64,000 bases of DNA from Trueperaceae bacterium. GTDB lineage: Bacteria; Deinococcota; Deinococci; Deinococcales; Trueperaceae. How positions within the stretch are numbered: position 1 is the first letter of the stretch; each line of letters starts with the position of its first letter. A program made the position numbers and the translations under genes. A model generated the notes under the pieces. That model had not been told where the DNA came from. It did not search any database and saw only the letters and a list, made by a program, of their open reading frames with translations. The stretch lies in contig OZ243956.1 of the NCBI GenBank assembly GCA_965214405.1, positions 3,520,001-3,584,000 of the forward strand, written 5' to 3'. Positions 9,674 through 18,806 of this stretch are shown in pieces.

Positions 9674-10581
9674 GCGTTGACTCCGACGCGCCCGAAGATG
9701 CCGTACTTCTTCAAAGTTTCTTTTAATTTAGCCTCATTTTCCGGCATCATCGGACCCAGCGGGAGCCGCCACTGCGCCTCACAGAGGCCCATCATGGACA
9801 GGGCGGTTTTGAGGGGCACCGGGTTGACTTCGATGAACAAGATGTCGTTAAGCTCGAGCATCCGGTAGTGCAAATCCCTGGCCTCCTCCCATTTACCCGC
9901 CGCCGTCAGGTTGTAAAGCTCGGCAATCTCCTTGGGCGCGACCACGCCCGTCGCGCTCACGTGGCCGGAGCCGCCCAGCGCCAGCATGGGATACGTCATC
10001 GTCTCCGCGCCGCAGTACACGCCGAAGTCGCGCCCGGCATAAACAAAGGTGTAACTCACGTCGTCTAAGTTTTTCGTCGCGTGCTTCACGCCTAAGATGT
10101 TCGGGCACGCCTCGCGCAGGCGGCCAATTGTCCGGGGCTCGATGTTGACCGCGGTGCGTCCGGGGATGTTGTAGAGCATGACGGGCGTCTGGGGAACGCT
10201 GTCGGCGATTCTTTTGAAGTAAGTAAACAGGCTGTTCTGGTTCGGCTTGATGTAGTACGGGCTGATAACGAGCACCGCGTCCGCGCCCGCCTCGACCGCG
10301 TGACGGGTCAGCTCCATCGTCTCGTCAAAATTCGTCGTGCCCGTCCCCGGCATCACGGGCACGCGGCCCCGCACCTCTTTAATGACGAACTCGGTAACGA
10401 ACTTGCGCTCCTCGAGACTCAAGGAGGAGGGCTCGCCCGTGGTGCCCGTGCAGCCCAGACCGTGCGAGCCCTCGCGGATTTGGAAGTCGATAATCTCTCC
10501 CAGCGCCTTTTCGTCAATTTTATTTTCCGAACCCGTAAAAGGTGTGGGCAACGGAACTAACGAGCCTTTGGATAAGTTCAT
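9670..10581 (-). CDS. hpaI: DapA-like class I aldolase, probable 2,4-dihydroxyhept-2-ene-1,7-dioate aldolase
   Basis: GTTGEPSSL, YNIPGRTAVN, GVKHA Schiff-base Lys; first gene of the hpa operon. Confidence 0.8.
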   Translation of the reverse strand: MNLSKGSLVPLPTPFTGSENKIDEKALGEIIDFQIREGSHGLGCTGTTGEPSSLSLEERKFVTEFVIKEVRGRVPVMPGTGTTNFDETMELTRHAVEAGADAVLVISPYYIKPNQNSLFTYFKRIADSVPQTPVMLYNIPGRTAVNIEPRTIGRLREACPNILGVKHATKNLDDVSYTFVYAGRDFGVYCGAETMTYPMLALGGSGHVSATGVVAPKEIAELYNLTAAGKWEEARDLHYRMLELNDILFIEVNPVPLKTALSMMGLCEAQWRLPLGPMMPENEAKLKETLKKYGIFGRVGVNA

Positions 10582-10638
10582 AAGGTGTCTCCCTCACAGG
10601 TTAAACGCGTCTATTCTAAAAATGGAGGTCCTGACGCG

Positions 10639-10667
10639 AGTATAGAGCGGCGCATGAGGGGGGTCAA
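10639..10667 (-). promoter_or_regulatory. Sigma70-type promoter of the hpa operon
   Basis: TTGACC-17 bp-TATACT on the minus strand. Confidence 0.7.
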
Positions 10668-10770
10668 TGGGTGAGGGGGACAGATCGCCCGTATCACAAT
10701 CCTCCCTCACGCGCTAGGCGGTGGGACAAAAGCTCGAGGGGATAAAAGATCTGCGCTCGAGCCCCAAATC

Positions 10771-11565
10771 CTAAACCGTCCTCAAAGGAAAACCGCTCGA
10801 GACGTGGGTCACGGGAATATTCTGAAGCTTGGGTCTCAGCCACTGTGCTAAATACGCCATCCCCGCTTCCTCGGTCGGCTGGTGCCCGACAATGATAAGA
10901 CCCAGCGTGCGCCCGTAGGTTTGGGCGTCGCGCACGTACTCGGCGAGTTCCCATTCGCTGACCTCACCGCAGATGAGCAGGTCGAGCTTGTCCTGTGTGA
11001 CCGAAGGGAGCTGCCAGTAAGGACCCGGCGAGCCCACGAAGAGGCCGACGCGTTCGTACCGTTCGTTCTCATCCCCGATGACCCGAACCGTATCGACGCC
11101 GAAGATATGTTTGACCTGGCGCACCATCTCATTAAGCGACGTAGGCGGAAACACAAAAACGTGCTGGCTACCCTCTTCCAAGTACGCCTGCCACGGGGTT
11201 TGGCGAAGGACGCCTGTATAGATGCCGTCGGGCCGGTGCATGTGCCAATAATCGTGATAGCGGAAGACGGCGATGTTGTGAGACTCGAGCGCCTCCATCT
11301 TCTGCCGGATTACCGCATCCCCTGGGAAAGTCGCCGCGCTGTCGTCATGATGGTAAAAGGTCGGCTCGTGCGTGATAATAAAATTCGCGCCTAACGCCGC
11401 CGTTTTTTCAATCACCTCCACCGTCGCCAAAAAAGTCGTGACAAGGCCCGTGACTTGGGTTTTCTCGTCGCCCACCTTGAGGGTGTCGCTCGAGCCGTCC
11501 AGCGGACCCTCCGGCATCTCCGGCACCGCCGCCTTGAGCAGGGCGATAACCTCACCTACGGTCAT
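10771..11565 (-). CDS. Nif3-like dinuclear metal-centre protein
   Basis: DTLKVGD, IITHEPTFYHH, FRYHDYWH, GHQPTEEAGM. Confidence 0.85.
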   Translation of the reverse strand: MTVGEVIALLKAAVPEMPEGPLDGSSDTLKVGDEKTQVTGLVTTFLATVEVIEKTAALGANFIITHEPTFYHHDDSAATFPGDAVIRQKMEALESHNIAVFRYHDYWHMHRPDGIYTGVLRQTPWQAYLEEGSQHVFVFPPTSLNEMVRQVKHIFGVDTVRVIGDENERYERVGLFVGSPGPYWQLPSVTQDKLDLLICGEVSEWELAEYVRDAQTYGRTLGLIIVGHQPTEEAGMAYLAQWLRPKLQNIPVTHVSSGFPLRTV

Positions 11566-11987
11566 AACAGTCCGACCTCTGTAGATTGACTGGAAAGGTG
11601 CGTGCTCGAGTATTCACGAGACCAGTGTAGCAAAGGGTCTGTCAAGGGGACTCGAGCCTACTGACGCCGCTGGAGACAGGATTTTAGGAGAAGGCATAAA
11701 AAAAGCGCGCCTTTTTCAGCGCGTTGATTTCTCTATACTACACCCGTATACGCTATTCGTCAAGCCCTTGCACAAAAATTCGGGTGAATGTTTGGATAGT
11801 GAGTCCAAGGGCCGATAAAGTTGTTTTAATAGGCGCAAAACCTTGGGCTTGAAGGGATTTACACCTCTCGTTCAAAAGAGTGGGCTCAAAGGGCTGGGTA
11901 ATGCGTTCACGAACCCTGTTAGAGGGGACGCGTGTGGGGTTTAATGGCGCTGTTCAGCTTTAAGGTGTCACAACCGGAAAGGATTTT

Positions 11988-13169
11988 ATGATGACGCAAC
12001 ACGAAACGCGAAATTCACTGTTTCTTATGGGGCTGCTCGCGCTCCTGCTGGGCTTGGCCGCCTGTGCGTCGGTGGACGTGCAGCCCACGCTGCCCGAGCT
12101 CGAGCCGGGCGTCTGGACGGCCTTTACGCCCCAAGGCGAAACGATTTGCGCGGACGGCTCAGCTTACACCTATTACGTCCGCCCCGGCACCGTCAATAAA
12201 GTGGTGGTGGATTTTCAGGGCGGCGGCGCGTGCTGGAACGACGGCACCTGTGCGGGTCCTCAAGATCAAAGATCCTATGTAGCGTCCGTCAACGTAGACG
12301 GGACTTTTGATGAAGGCATCTACGACCACACCGACGCGGCCAACCCTTTTAAGGATTGGTACCACGTGTTCGTCCCGTACTGCACCGCCGACATCCACTG
12401 GGGAGACAACGTCGCTACTTACACGACTCCAGAAGGGAACACCCTCGCCGTCAATCACAAAGGCGCGGTGAACGCTCGAGCGGTGCTCAGTTGGGTGTTC
12501 GACAACTTTAGCGCCCCCGAAGACGCGTTTGTGATTGGATGCAGCGCCGGGGCCTACGGGTCCATCATGTGGACGCCGCAAATCAAGCAGCGCTACCCCA
12601 GAACCAACGTTTACCAAATGGGCGACAGCGGCGCGGGCGTCGTGACCGCTGATTTTGTGTCCAAGGTGCGCACGCAGTGGAACGCCGAGGGCGCGTTTCC
12701 CGCCTTCGTTCCGGGTCTCGACCCGGCGACCAACAACGTGCTGCAAACGGACTTTTTGACGAGCATCTATGCCAGAGTCGGCGAGTTTTATCCCGAAAGC
12801 GTGCTGTCGCAGTACAACACGCTTTACGACGGCACCCAAACTTATTTTTACGGTTTGATGGCGGGTGTGGTTCCGCCGACGCCGGAGCTGAGTGCGGACT
12901 GGTCCGATAAGATGTTGGGGTCGCTCGAGCTTACCAAGGCCAAAAACAGCGCGAACAACTTTTACGCGTATGTGTCAACATTTGACAATAACACCGACCC
13001 CAACGACGGCACCGCGCACTGCGTCATTCCTAGACCGGAGTTTTATACAGAGAGTGTGAACGGCGTGCTTTTGACGAGCTGGCTGAGCGACATGGTGAGC
13101 GGCAAGCCCATTACGTCGGTTGCGCCCGAAATACCCGCTTCGGGTGGAGCGGCTTTGCCTACGCGTTAG
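11988..13169 (+). CDS. Pectinacetylesterase/Notum-family esterase lipoprotein
   Basis: Lipobox LAAC, C.DGS, FQGGGACW, VFVPYCTADIHWG, GCSAGAYG nucleophile motif. Confidence 0.85.
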   Translation: MMTQHETRNSLFLMGLLALLLGLAACASVDVQPTLPELEPGVWTAFTPQGETICADGSAYTYYVRPGTVNKVVVDFQGGGACWNDGTCAGPQDQRSYVASVNVDGTFDEGIYDHTDAANPFKDWYHVFVPYCTADIHWGDNVATYTTPEGNTLAVNHKGAVNARAVLSWVFDNFSAPEDAFVIGCSAGAYGSIMWTPQIKQRYPRTNVYQMGDSGAGVVTADFVSKVRTQWNAEGAFPAFVPGLDPATNNVLQTDFLTSIYARVGEFYPESVLSQYNTLYDGTQTYFYGLMAGVVPPTPELSADWSDKMLGSLELTKAKNSANNFYAYVSTFDNNTDPNDGTAHCVIPRPEFYTESVNGVLLTSWLSDMVSGKPITSVAPEIPASGGAALPTR

Positions 13170-13194
13170 CGCGGTCTTATCCCCTGAATAGAGT

Positions 13195-13225
13195 GAAGTG
13201 CTGGGAGGGTTTCCGGCACTTTTTT
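13195..13225 (+). terminator. Intrinsic terminator after the esterase gene
   Basis: GTGCTGG...CCGGCAC stem followed by a T-run. Confidence 0.65.
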
Positions 13226-13297
13226 GTGCTCGTGCTTACGGTCATGCTCGAGGGCTCAACAAGGTCCCGTGGACTCTTTCACATTGTGCATATACAC

Positions 13298-13326
13298 TTG
13301 CATACTCGGTAAGGGTTTGCTACACT
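13298..13326 (+). promoter_or_regulatory. Sigma70-type promoter
   Basis: TTGCAT-17 bp-TACACT. Confidence 0.7.
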
Positions 13327-13361
13327 AAGAGGTGCCCAGGAAGGGCGAGAGGAGGTGCGCA

Positions 13362-13478
13362 GTGCTCAGCTTTCCGCGAAAGCAACTTACAGATGATCCT
13401 GTCAAAGGTCCTCTTTGTGATGCGTCCACCCTTGCGCCTACCGGGGTCTTGCAGCGCCGAATGTCAGCTTTAACGTAG
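13362..13478 (+). CDS. Putative 38-aa leader peptide (MLSFPRKQLTDDPVKGPLCDASTLAPTGVLQRRMSALT)
   Basis: AGGAGGT RBS upstream of GTG, double TAG stop, followed by a terminator; not in the ORF track. Confidence 0.5.
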   Translation: MLSFPRKQLTDDPVKGPLCDASTLAPTGVLQRRMSALT

Positions 13479-13496
13479 TAGTTTTGAGCTGACACC

Positions 13497-13528
13497 GACC
13501 CCCGGCGCACCATCAACCGGGGTTTTTT
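13497..13528 (+). terminator. Intrinsic terminator/attenuator
   Basis: CCCCGG-loop-CCGGGG-T6; the 5' arm can alternatively pair with CCGGGGTC at 13441-13448. Confidence 0.75.
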
Positions 13529-13589
13529 AGTGCCCCATTTGATCCTACTCTGACTTTCGTCATTACGAGTCTCAACTCAAAGGAGTTTT

Positions 13590-13733
13590 ATGTTTCATAC
13601 CGACCTGTCTTTACGTGTAGCCCGTCAACACGTCCGCGACCTCCAGCGCGCCTCGCGCGACCGCACCCAAGAAACCTATCCCGACAGGGAGCGCCGTCCC
13701 CGCATCTGGACGCACTGGACCAACCGCTTCTAA
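13590..13733 (+). CDS. Small 47-aa protein (MFHTDLSLRVARQHVRDLQRASRDR...)
   Basis: AAGGAG RBS plus ATG; below the ORF-track cutoff; helical pattern shared with the next ORF. Confidence 0.65.
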   Translation: MFHTDLSLRVARQHVRDLQRASRDRTQETYPDRERRPRIWTHWTNRF

Positions 13734-13800
13734 CAGTTTAAGACCTAAGTCTTAAGCCTACGCCCGGCTCGAGCGTTTGCCGGAACTGAAAGAGGATGTC

Positions 13801-13989
13801 ATGAATACCTTTTTGCTCTACCAAATTGCGCAAGAACAGATGCGTGATAGGCAACAAGAGGCCCAACACGCCCGGCTCGCGGCGTCCGTTGCCAAGCCGA
13901 GCACCCGCTCGAGGCTCGCCCACGGCCTCCAGGGCTTTGCGGAATGGCTCGAGCCCGAGCTTCGGGAGCCCAAACGCGCTTTAAGATGA
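13801..13989 (+). CDS. Small 62-aa helical protein (MNTFLLYQIAQEQMRDRQQEAQHARLA...)
   Basis: GAGG RBS plus ATG at 13801; followed by a terminator. Confidence 0.7.
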   Translation: MNTFLLYQIAQEQMRDRQQEAQHARLAASVAKPSTRSRLAHGLQGFAEWLEPELREPKRALR

Positions 13990-14014
13990 GCGCGCAAGGT
14001 TGCCACAAACTCAG

Positions 14015-14051
14015 AACCCGGTCTGGTGAGGATTGTCAAGCCGGGTTTTTT
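14015..14051 (+). terminator. Intrinsic terminator
   Basis: AACCCGG...CCGGGTT-TTTT; same tail (TTTTTTAGTGC) as the 13497 terminator. Confidence 0.65.
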
Positions 14052-14118
14052 AGTGCTTAATGGAGGAGCAAATTGATACAACTGTTTTGGGGGCTCTTTG
14101 GTAAAAAAGAAGTGGCTT

Positions 14119-14601
14119 ATGCTCAAGGATATTCGACAACAGATATTAGAGGCCGCGGACCTAACGCATGTTTCTATTTTAGAACTGTCTGAAGAAGCGT
14201 CCACTTCTACTCGAGAGTTGGTTGAGCGGAAATTTGCTCGCAAGGCTCGAGCGAGAGCCGGATTGGGTAGAGGGGAATTTTTATGGGAGAGGTTTACCGA
14301 TAAGGTTGGTGTCCGTGATGCACAGGCTTGGATATGGCTGGATGACTTTGTTGTAGACAATGACGTCATCCTATTTTTCAACGAACGTCAGGAAAAAACG
14401 ATGTTTGAGCTGAAAGCACGTTCTAAACTGTCGCTGCTTTTAGGAGAAACGTATCCCTTTGAGGTTTATTTAACGGATGAACTTGTGGATTTCGTACTCT
14501 GCTTTAACCATCACGATTATCTGATCGCAACCGGAAGGGCGAAAGAGTGGCTTACAAGACGAATTCGGCGCGGCGGGCAGGGGCCGGAGCTTAATCGCTA
14601 A
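14119..14601 (+). CDS. Hypothetical protein, lower GC
   Basis: ATG at 14119; protein-like C-terminal FEVYLTD...CFNHHDYLI..G.AKEWL. Confidence 0.65.
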   Translation: MLKDIRQQILEAADLTHVSILELSEEASTSTRELVERKFARKARARAGLGRGEFLWERFTDKVGVRDAQAWIWLDDFVVDNDVILFFNERQEKTMFELKARSKLSLLLGETYPFEVYLTDELVDFVLCFNHHDYLIATGRAKEWLTRRIRRGGQGPELNR

Positions 14602-14740
14602 GCGCCTCGGCCGTTATCTTGTCAATACTCATCACCTGCGTCTCGCCGCGCTGGATTTCCTCGCTCCCTTCTTTTAGCGCCTCGGTGAGTTCGCGGCGTT
14701 CCGCGTGGGTGAGTTTAACCTCGGGCAAGGAGTCAGCCCA
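14591..14740 (-). pseudogene. Possible ParD/CopG-type antitoxin C-terminal remnant
   Basis: RELTEALKEGSEEIQRGETQVMSIDKI resembles antitoxin C-termini; no credible start. Confidence 0.35.
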
Positions 14741-14760
14741 CCGTTTTCTCGCCCCTAACT

Positions 14761-15462
14761 CTAATCTTCTTTTGCCCACAAAATGCGCCCACAACTCGGG
14801 CAGCGCGTCACGCCGCGCCCGGCCCTGGCTTTCTGGATGACGTGGATGGGCAGCTTCATGTTGCAGCCGCCGCAGCGCTGATTATCCACGATGGGCACGA
14901 GGCCCAAACCGCGCTTGGAGCGGCGCACACCTTCGTACTGCTTGAGGAGCGAGGCGTCGATGTCGCGCGCCAGAGCGTCGCGTTCGCCGGAAAGCGCGGC
15001 GATGCGGCCCTCTACCTCAGCGACGCGCGCGTCTTCTTGAGTCACGACGGCGTCCAGTTCAGGTACCAATTCACCAAGTTGCGTTTGCAGGTCGCTGATT
15101 TCTTCTTCGTAACCTTCCAAACGCTCCATAAGCGGCAGCGTGTCCTCTTCAAGCTCCTGGACGCGGGTGGCGAACTGCAACTCCTGGTTCTGGTACTGCG
15201 TGGCTTCTTTAGAGCGCCCCGCGGCGATGGCGGAGTCCGCGGCGCTCTTGCGGCGGGCTTCTAGGCTCTGGAGCTCCAGCTCGTTCTGCCGAATTTCCCG
15301 GCGCAGCGCGTCGCGCCTTTCTTCTTGGGTGGCGAGCGCGACCTCTAAACTTTCCTTGCGGCGGCGCATCTCCAGGAGTTCGGGCGGCGTTCGCCCCCGC
15401 TCCTCTTCTAGCGCGAGCAGGTCTAGGTCGCGCGACTGGACTTCACTGAGTTTCTCGAGCAT
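14761..15462 (-). CDS. Coiled-coil protein with C4 zinc ribbon (DUF164/CT398-like)
   Basis: Long coiled coil, LLKQYE..R, CGGCNM and CPSCGRIL. Confidence 0.88.
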   Translation of the reverse strand: MLEKLSEVQSRDLDLLALEEERGRTPPELLEMRRRKESLEVALATQEERRDALRREIRQNELELQSLEARRKSAADSAIAAGRSKEATQYQNQELQFATRVQELEEDTLPLMERLEGYEEEISDLQTQLGELVPELDAVVTQEDARVAEVEGRIAALSGERDALARDIDASLLKQYEGVRRSKRGLGLVPIVDNQRCGGCNMKLPIHVIQKARAGRGVTRCPSCGRILWAKED

Positions 15463-15652
15463 AGCGCCTCCCGCAGCTTACGAAAAAAGAAACACCGCCG
15501 AGCAGCCTGCCGAGCGGAGTGTCTACTGCTGAGGTGTGAGAACGTAACACGTTATGAAGTGTAGCATGTCAGCCGCTTTTTTGACGCTCTCGGTTTGGGC
15601 TTGGCTAAAACCTACTTGCGGTCACGCGCGTGTGTAAAGGTAGAATGCCCGA

Positions 15653-16129
15653 GTGTTTGAAGAGTCGGTCGAGGGGTTCGTCGTCCAGTGGAAGCCGTAC
15701 GCCGCGCGCGTGGAGCTTTTCGCCCGTACGGAAGGCAGCCCGCTTTTAGAGTGCCGCGTCAACAACGTGATTTTTAGCGTGTTCGACCGCACCGGCCCCT
15801 ACGACGCCCCCCCCGGCGAGGCGCAACTCATCATCAACCCGGTCACCGAATATGTAGCGAAAACGGAGGAGAGGCGTAAGGATATCGAGGTGGTGTCCGC
15901 CAGCCGGATTCGCGCGCGCGGGCTCGTGCTGGTGCGGCAGGGGCGGATGGTGGTGGTGGACGCGGGGGCTCCGCTGGTGGTGGGGGTTTTTGAAGGGCTT
16001 GATGACGACGTGTCGCTGGGGGGGTGGCTCGAGTTTGAGTCGTTAGCGCCTATTCACGGTTTTGTCGTGCCTGTTAAAAACCGCGCCGCCGCGCCCGTCA
16101 TGAGTTCTGGTGGTGCTGACAGCATTTGA
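15653..16129 (+). CDS. Hypothetical protein
   Basis: 158-aa ORF with host-like codon use; TAGAAT -10 lies 6 nt before GTG (leaderless). Confidence 0.75.
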   Translation: MFEESVEGFVVQWKPYAARVELFARTEGSPLLECRVNNVIFSVFDRTGPYDAPPGEAQLIINPVTEYVAKTEERRKDIEVVSASRIRARGLVLVRQGRMVVVDAGAPLVVGVFEGLDDDVSLGGWLEFESLAPIHGFVVPVKNRAAAPVMSSGGADSI

Positions 16130-16487
16130 CAGTGGCTGGTGATGAGTGGTTAGCGTTTAGCGGTGGCAAAGCGTTGTGCTAAAAGGCTCCCCCGTCTCGT
16201 CTGGTGCTTTCAAATGTAAAAGGAAGCACCTACTCCGGCGCGCGGCGTGTTACATTAACGTATGTAACCTTTTTGGATAGACCAGAGGGCGCGGGAGCGC
16301 CTCTTACGTTGTCGTGTACCCAATTCTAAAAATCGTGTGTTTGGCTTTTCGCTAACCCACAAGAACCCACAAGGTGAAAGACCCGCAACGTAAGACTTAC
16401 TAAGACTTACAAGGATTTAGAACGCGACCTTCCTGTGTGCTGTTGGCGTTACGACCGCCCGCAGCCTCCACACCCCGAGGGGCACGT

Positions 16488-16904
16488 ATGAGCGTCTTCA
16501 GATACACCGACGACCCACCCACCAAACGTCCTAAAGTTCGCACGCTTACTGATTTGCAGCCGCTCGTCCAGGCAGGCAACTACCGCGTCTGCTCGCACGC
16601 GGCCAGGCACGCGGCTTGCGAAGGCTTTACCGAAAAAGACATCGTCGCCGCGCTCCTTTACGGGCGCGAGTTGCTGCGCTACGTCCAAGACGAGCGGCTG
16701 CTGGTGCTGGGCTTTATCCAGCCGAGCCCAACGGTGCGCATCCCGCTTCACGTGGTCGCCGAGTACGCCAAACCGCGCTGGGTGGACGTGGTCACCGCCT
16801 TTATTCCCGCCGAGGCGCACCGGGTGGTCTCGAGGGCGCGTTTGGCCGAACTCCTGCGATACGACCGCGAGGACCGCAAGGTGAGGCGGGTGGGCGAGCG
16901 TTAG
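16488..16904 (+). CDS. DUF4258-like protein
   Basis: YRVCSHA, DIVAALLYG, LLVLG, PLHVV, VVTAFIP pattern; ATG at 16488. Confidence 0.7.
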   Translation: MSVFRYTDDPPTKRPKVRTLTDLQPLVQAGNYRVCSHAARHAACEGFTEKDIVAALLYGRELLRYVQDERLLVLGFIQPSPTVRIPLHVVAEYAKPRWVDVVTAFIPAEAHRVVSRARLAELLRYDREDRKVRRVGER

Positions 16905-16910
16905 GGGTTT

Positions 16911-17669
16911 TTACGGCAGATTGTAAACGCGTTTGGCGTTGGCGTCGGTGGTGGCCTCGAGTTCGTCCAGCGCCTCGCCCCGCAAATCGGCCAAAAACCG
17001 TGTGGTGAGGCGCACGTTGGCGGGCACGTTGGGCTTGCCGCGTTCGGGCGCGGGCGTGAGGTAAGGGCTGTCAGTCTCGACTAAAAGCCGGTCTTGGGGG
17101 ACGCGCTTGGCCGCCTCGTGCAGCGCCCGCGCGCTCTTGTAGGTGAGGTTGCCCGCGAACGAGACCAGCCAGCCAAGCTCGAGCCCCGCACGGAGCAGCG
17201 TCTCATGACCGTTGAAGCAGTGCAGGATGCCCTTGGGGTGATTCGCCTCGAGGATGAGCCGCGCCGCCTCGAGTGACGCCTCCTCCCGCCCCCCCTTGTC
17301 GCGCACGTGTAAGATGAGCGGTTTATCATGCGTTTTGGCGAGCCCCACCTGCCACCAAAAACTCTCCCGCTGCGCGTCCAGACTCGTTTTGTCCCAGTAG
17401 GTATCCACCCCCGTCTCGCCGATGGCGACGACTTTTTCATGCCCTGCCAGCGCGGCTATCTGCTCGCGGACGAGCGGGTCGGCGGCCTCGTCCGCGTCGT
17501 TGGGATGAATTCCGACCGCCGCCCAGACGTTATCAAAACTTTCAGCGAGCGCCAGCGTGCGTTTACAGCGCATCAGCGTCGTGCCGATACTAATAATGGC
17601 TGTCAAGGAGGGGTCAGCGGCCTCTTCAGGATTTTCGCAGTAGTCGAGGTGGCAGTGGCTGTCGGTCAT
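16911..17669 (-). CDS. tatD: TatD family DNase
   Basis: DSHCHLD, GIHP, AIGETG, LHCF, LLVETDSPYL. Confidence 0.92.
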   Translation of the reverse strand: MTDSHCHLDYCENPEEAADPSLTAIISIGTTLMRCKRTLALAESFDNVWAAVGIHPNDADEAADPLVREQIAALAGHEKVVAIGETGVDTYWDKTSLDAQRESFWWQVGLAKTHDKPLILHVRDKGGREEASLEAARLILEANHPKGILHCFNGHETLLRAGLELGWLVSFAGNLTYKSARALHEAAKRVPQDRLLVETDSPYLTPAPERGKPNVPANVRLTTRFLADLRGEALDELEATTDANAKRVYNLP

Positions 17670-17842
17670 GGCCTAAGCTTACTTAGTTCACGTGGCTGAA
17701 AAAGCGTCAACGGGGCCAGTGAGATCTTTCATAAAGCGTTCATGAAGGGCAACGATAAAGCTCATTTAATCTTTTGTGAGAGTTTTGTAAGAGCTTTCTT
17801 GTTACCGTGGTTTCAAGACAAGGACGGGACAAGGAGCACAAC

Positions 17843-18013
17843 ATGGTACAAGAAATCAGGCTCAGCGATAAGATACAGTACCTCTCCAATGGAGAACTGC
17901 GCGAGGTCATCTCGCACTCCGAAGACGTGATCACCAAGGGGTCGGCCAAGCTCGAGGATTACGAGGCTTTCGTCCTCTGCCAGCAAGAGTTGGCGAAGCG
18001 CACCTGGGGTTAG
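17843..18013 (+). CDS. Small 56-aa hypothetical protein
   Basis: AAGGAG RBS plus ATG ([22 protein letters not shown]...). Confidence 0.65.
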   Translation: MVQEIRLSDKIQYLSNGELREVISHSEDVITKGSAKLEDYEAFVLCQQELAKRTWG

Positions 18014-18059
18014 ACAGAGCTGCTGGATATTTTATGACCTTCCGGCGTACCATGTTCAG

Positions 18060-18797
18060 ATGGTACGCCGCCTTTTGTTTTTGTCTTTGTTGCTGCTTTT
18101 CGCGGGTTGCGCGCCGCGGGCCATCCCGCCAGCGCGTCCAACTCCCGCAGAGGCCGCCCCTCGTCCCGCCCCGGCACCTGCTCCCGCTCCGGCTGCTGTG
18201 GAGGGTGCTGTTGAGAATGCTGCGGAGGGTTTGGCATCATGGTATGGCCCTGGCTTCGTCGGCAGGATGACCGCCAGTGGGGAGATATTTACCTCCGCCG
18301 AGTTTACCGCGGCGCACAAGACGCTGCCCTTTAATACGCGCGTCCGCGTGACGAATTTAGCGAACGGTCGCAGCGTCGTGGTACGCATTAACGACCGCGG
18401 ACCCTTCAAGCCGGGGCGGGTGATTGACCTCTCGAGGGTCGCCGCCCAGCGGCTCGACATGGTCGGGAGCGGGGTGGCGCGGGTGCGGTTGGAGGTGCTG
18501 GACGGTGGCTCGAGTAGTTTAGGCGGTGCTGGATTGGCTAGTGCTGGACTGGCCCTTGCAGAGCCGGTAAAACAGGCTCCCTGGCAGGCGGCGGCGTGGG
18601 GCACACTCACGGGCTACGACGCGATGTCGCGCTTTCACGAGGAGGGCGATCTGCTTTTTCTAACCTCGTTAAAAGCCACCGACCCCGTGCTCGTCCGCGT
18701 GGTCGCCAGCCAACCGCCCGCCGGAACGCGCGCGGACATCCTCTTGTCGCCCGAAGCTTTCGCGCTGCTGGGAGCCGCCGTGTCGGAGGCTCCCTGA
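18060..18797 (+). CDS. rlpA: RlpA-family lytic transglycosylase lipoprotein
   Basis: Lipobox [34 protein letters not shown]. Confidence 0.88.
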   Translation: MVRRLLFLSLLLLFAGCAPRAIPPARPTPAEAAPRPAPAPAPAPAAVEGAVENAAEGLASWYGPGFVGRMTASGEIFTSAEFTAAHKTLPFNTRVRVTNLANGRSVVVRINDRGPFKPGRVIDLSRVAAQRLDMVGSGVARVRLEVLDGGSSSLGGAGLASAGLALAEPVKQAPWQAAAWGTLTGYDAMSRFHEEGDLLFLTSLKATDPVLVRVVASQPPAGTRADILLSPEAFALLGAAVSEAP

Positions 18798-18806
18798 GTC
18801 CGATAT

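Noticed and set aside
9670..10581. Calling this gene dapA (lysine biosynthesis)
   Set aside because: Operon context and the GEPSSL/GVKHA variants favour the Hpa pathway aldolase
13333..13530. 6S RNA or known riboswitch interpretation (GGTGCGC...GCGCACC end pairing)
   Set aside because: I could not see a continuous rod with a central bubble or a recognisable aptamer consensus; the leader ORF plus attenuator fits better, though an Rfam scan is needed to exclude it
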